Positions 26,736-28,174 of a DNA stretch of 28,174 bases are shown here, one piece after another. The translations under genes and the position numbers were made by a program. This stretch comes from an uncultured Verrucomicrobiae bacterium. GTDB lineage: Bacteria; Verrucomicrobiota; Verrucomicrobiia; Limisphaerales; JAFGQR01. The notes beneath the pieces were generated by a model that was given only the letters and a program-made list of their open reading frames with translations, made no database searches and had not been told where the DNA came from. How positions within the stretch are numbered: position 1 is the stretch's first letter; every line of letters starts with the position of its first letter. The stretch covers positions 1 through 28,174 of the forward strand of contig CAWBHS010000040.1 of NCBI GenBank assembly GCA_963788655.1, written 5' to 3'.

Positions 26736-28039
26736 ATGAAAGCCACTTGTCCCTACGACCTGGTCATCGGCCTGGATCGGTCCGATCGCAAGGCCGACCT
26801 GCACTTCATCGACACCCACACCGGCCAACAATGGTCCCAGACCATCGAGACCAAACCCGAGGCGCTCCACGACTGGCTGGCCCAGCTGCGCCAGCAGTAT
26901 CCCGAGGCGAAGATCGGGCTGTGCGTCGAGCAACCCGCCGGGGCGATCCTCGCCTTCGTCGAGGCCTACGCCTGGATCACGATCCACGCGATCAATCCGC
27001 TGACGCTCCAGAAATATCGCGAGGCCTTTGTCACTTCGCGCGCCAAGGACGATGCCAAGGACGCCCGTTACCTGGCCGAACTCCTTTGGCATCATTGGGC
27101 CGAACTGCCGGTCTGGTTGCCGGAGGATTCGGCCACGCGCAAACTCCAGCTGTTGGTGGTCCACCGCCGGGCCGTCGTCGATGAACGCACCGGCCTCACC
27201 AACCGCCTGATCGCCCTGTTAAAACAGTACTTCCCGCAGGCGCTGTGAACTCTGCGGCGAGGACTCTCTGGCGGCCGCTGGCCACCGACTTCCTCCTCAA
27301 GTGGCCGACTCTGCAAAAGGTGTCCAAGGTCAAAACCGCGACGCTGATGCAGTTCTATTATGTGCATGGCTCGCGCAGTGAAAAGGCGATCGAGCGACGG
27401 CTGAGCCTGATCGAACAGGCCGTGCCCTTGACCGATGAACCGGCGTTGCTGGAGAGCTTCACCTTGCGCGTGCAGCTCATCTGCCGGGAACTCAAGCTGG
27501 TGGTCAACGCGATCAAGGAATACGACCGGCAGATCACCGAAGCCTTCGACGCGCATCCCGACCGCGAGATCTTCCGTAATCTCCCCGGGGCCGGACCGAC
27601 CTTCGCGCCCCGCCTGCTGGCCAGCCTGGGTTCGCAGCGGGAGCGTTTTGCCGATGCGGCGGCGTTGCAGCATTACAGCGGCATCGCGCCGGTGACCAAA
27701 CAGAGCGGCGGCAAGCGCCACGTGCATCGGCGCTACCTGTGCCCGAAATTCCTGCGCCAGAGTTTTCATGAGTACGCCAAGGAATCGATCCTCCACAGCC
27801 GCTGGGCGGCGGCGTTCTATCAGCAGCAACGGGAGAAGGGTTGTCCGCATCACACGGCGGTGCGGGCGCTGGCCTTCAAATGGCAACGGATCATCTTCCG
27901 CCTGTGGCAGGACAAACAAGTCTACCGCGAGGAAACCTACGAAGCCGCGCTGAAGAAAACCAGGAGCCCGCTGGTGGCCCGGCTGGAACAGATCGAAGTG
28001 GGCAAAAGCCCCTTCAAAAACCCGGCGAAGAAAAACTGA
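26736..28039 (+). CDS. IS110-family DEDD transposase/bridge recombinase (apparent indels at 27246-27266)
   Basis: IGLD, CVE and AKDDAKDA (D-E-D-D), LPGAGP, YSGIAPVTKQSG. Removing two bases restores QALELCGEDLWRPLA. Confidence 0.93.
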
Positions 28040-28174
28040 AAAACCACTTGTCGGATGCCCTCAGAGGGGAGGTATCCGGCGGCAAAAACCCAGATGCCTC
28101 GAAAGGAAAATGACTATGGCAAACCGAAACTCGACGATGATGCCGGGGCAGCGCAAGCCGGATTACCTCCAGCG

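Larger units (their letters stand above)
26359..28070 (+). mobile_element. IS110-family element, copy 2 (essentially complete)
   Basis: Shared ends with copy 1, ~375-nt 5' non-coding region, DEDD transposase, 31-nt right end. Confidence 0.93.
26347..28174 (-). other. attC site split by IS110 copy 2 (arms 26347-26358 and 28071-window end)
   Basis: Plus strand GCATAAC-GACAA-[IS]-GGTATCCGGC...GCCGGATTACC-TCCAGCG. The R'' box would run off the window. Confidence 0.7.

Noticed and set aside
27240..27270. Programmed frameshift in the IS110 transposase
   Set aside because: No slippery sequence, IS110 transposases are single ORFs, and two extra bases explain the break in a sequence full of indels.
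22967..27919. Antisense and alternate-frame ORFs over the IS110 copies (22967..23584, 23073..24011, 23725..24621, 26685..27164, 27092..27919)
   Set aside because: Shadows or chimeric read-throughs of the NCR and transposase.
22628..28174. Integron integrase or attI site
   Set aside because: No tyrosine-recombinase motifs in any ORF. It would lie to the right of the window if present.

Overview
GC-rich bacterial DNA, most likely Verrucomicrobiota (Pedosphaera/Limisphaera-like): it has a PVC-type CxxCH protein and a shared 'Y..S.DL..W...RFYR' C-terminal domain. Many single-base frameshifts suggest an incompletely polished long-read sequence. 1-7.7 kb: a TPR-LamG protein, small membrane ORFs and a large secreted propeller/Ig/HAF protein. 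7.7-16.8 kb, minus strand: sulfatase, GH-A-like hydrolase, PVC heme-binding protein and a membrane-fused spermidine synthase. Then a nested REP/MITE element and an eroded nitrate-uptake locus (porin, nrtA pseudogene, NasS-like sensor, divergent LysR). From 21.9 kb: RHS, IS21 and IS110 debris, then a minus-strand integron cassette array (4 cassettes, 5 attC sites, no intI in the window). Two attC sites carry near-identical IS110 elements with a long upstream non-coding region. In the intact copy this region looks like a bridge RNA, with guide segments matching both the IS end junction and the attC sites. In the other copy four separate ~60-nt segments are replaced by a recurring triple-hairpin motif with compensatory base changes, which is unexplained.
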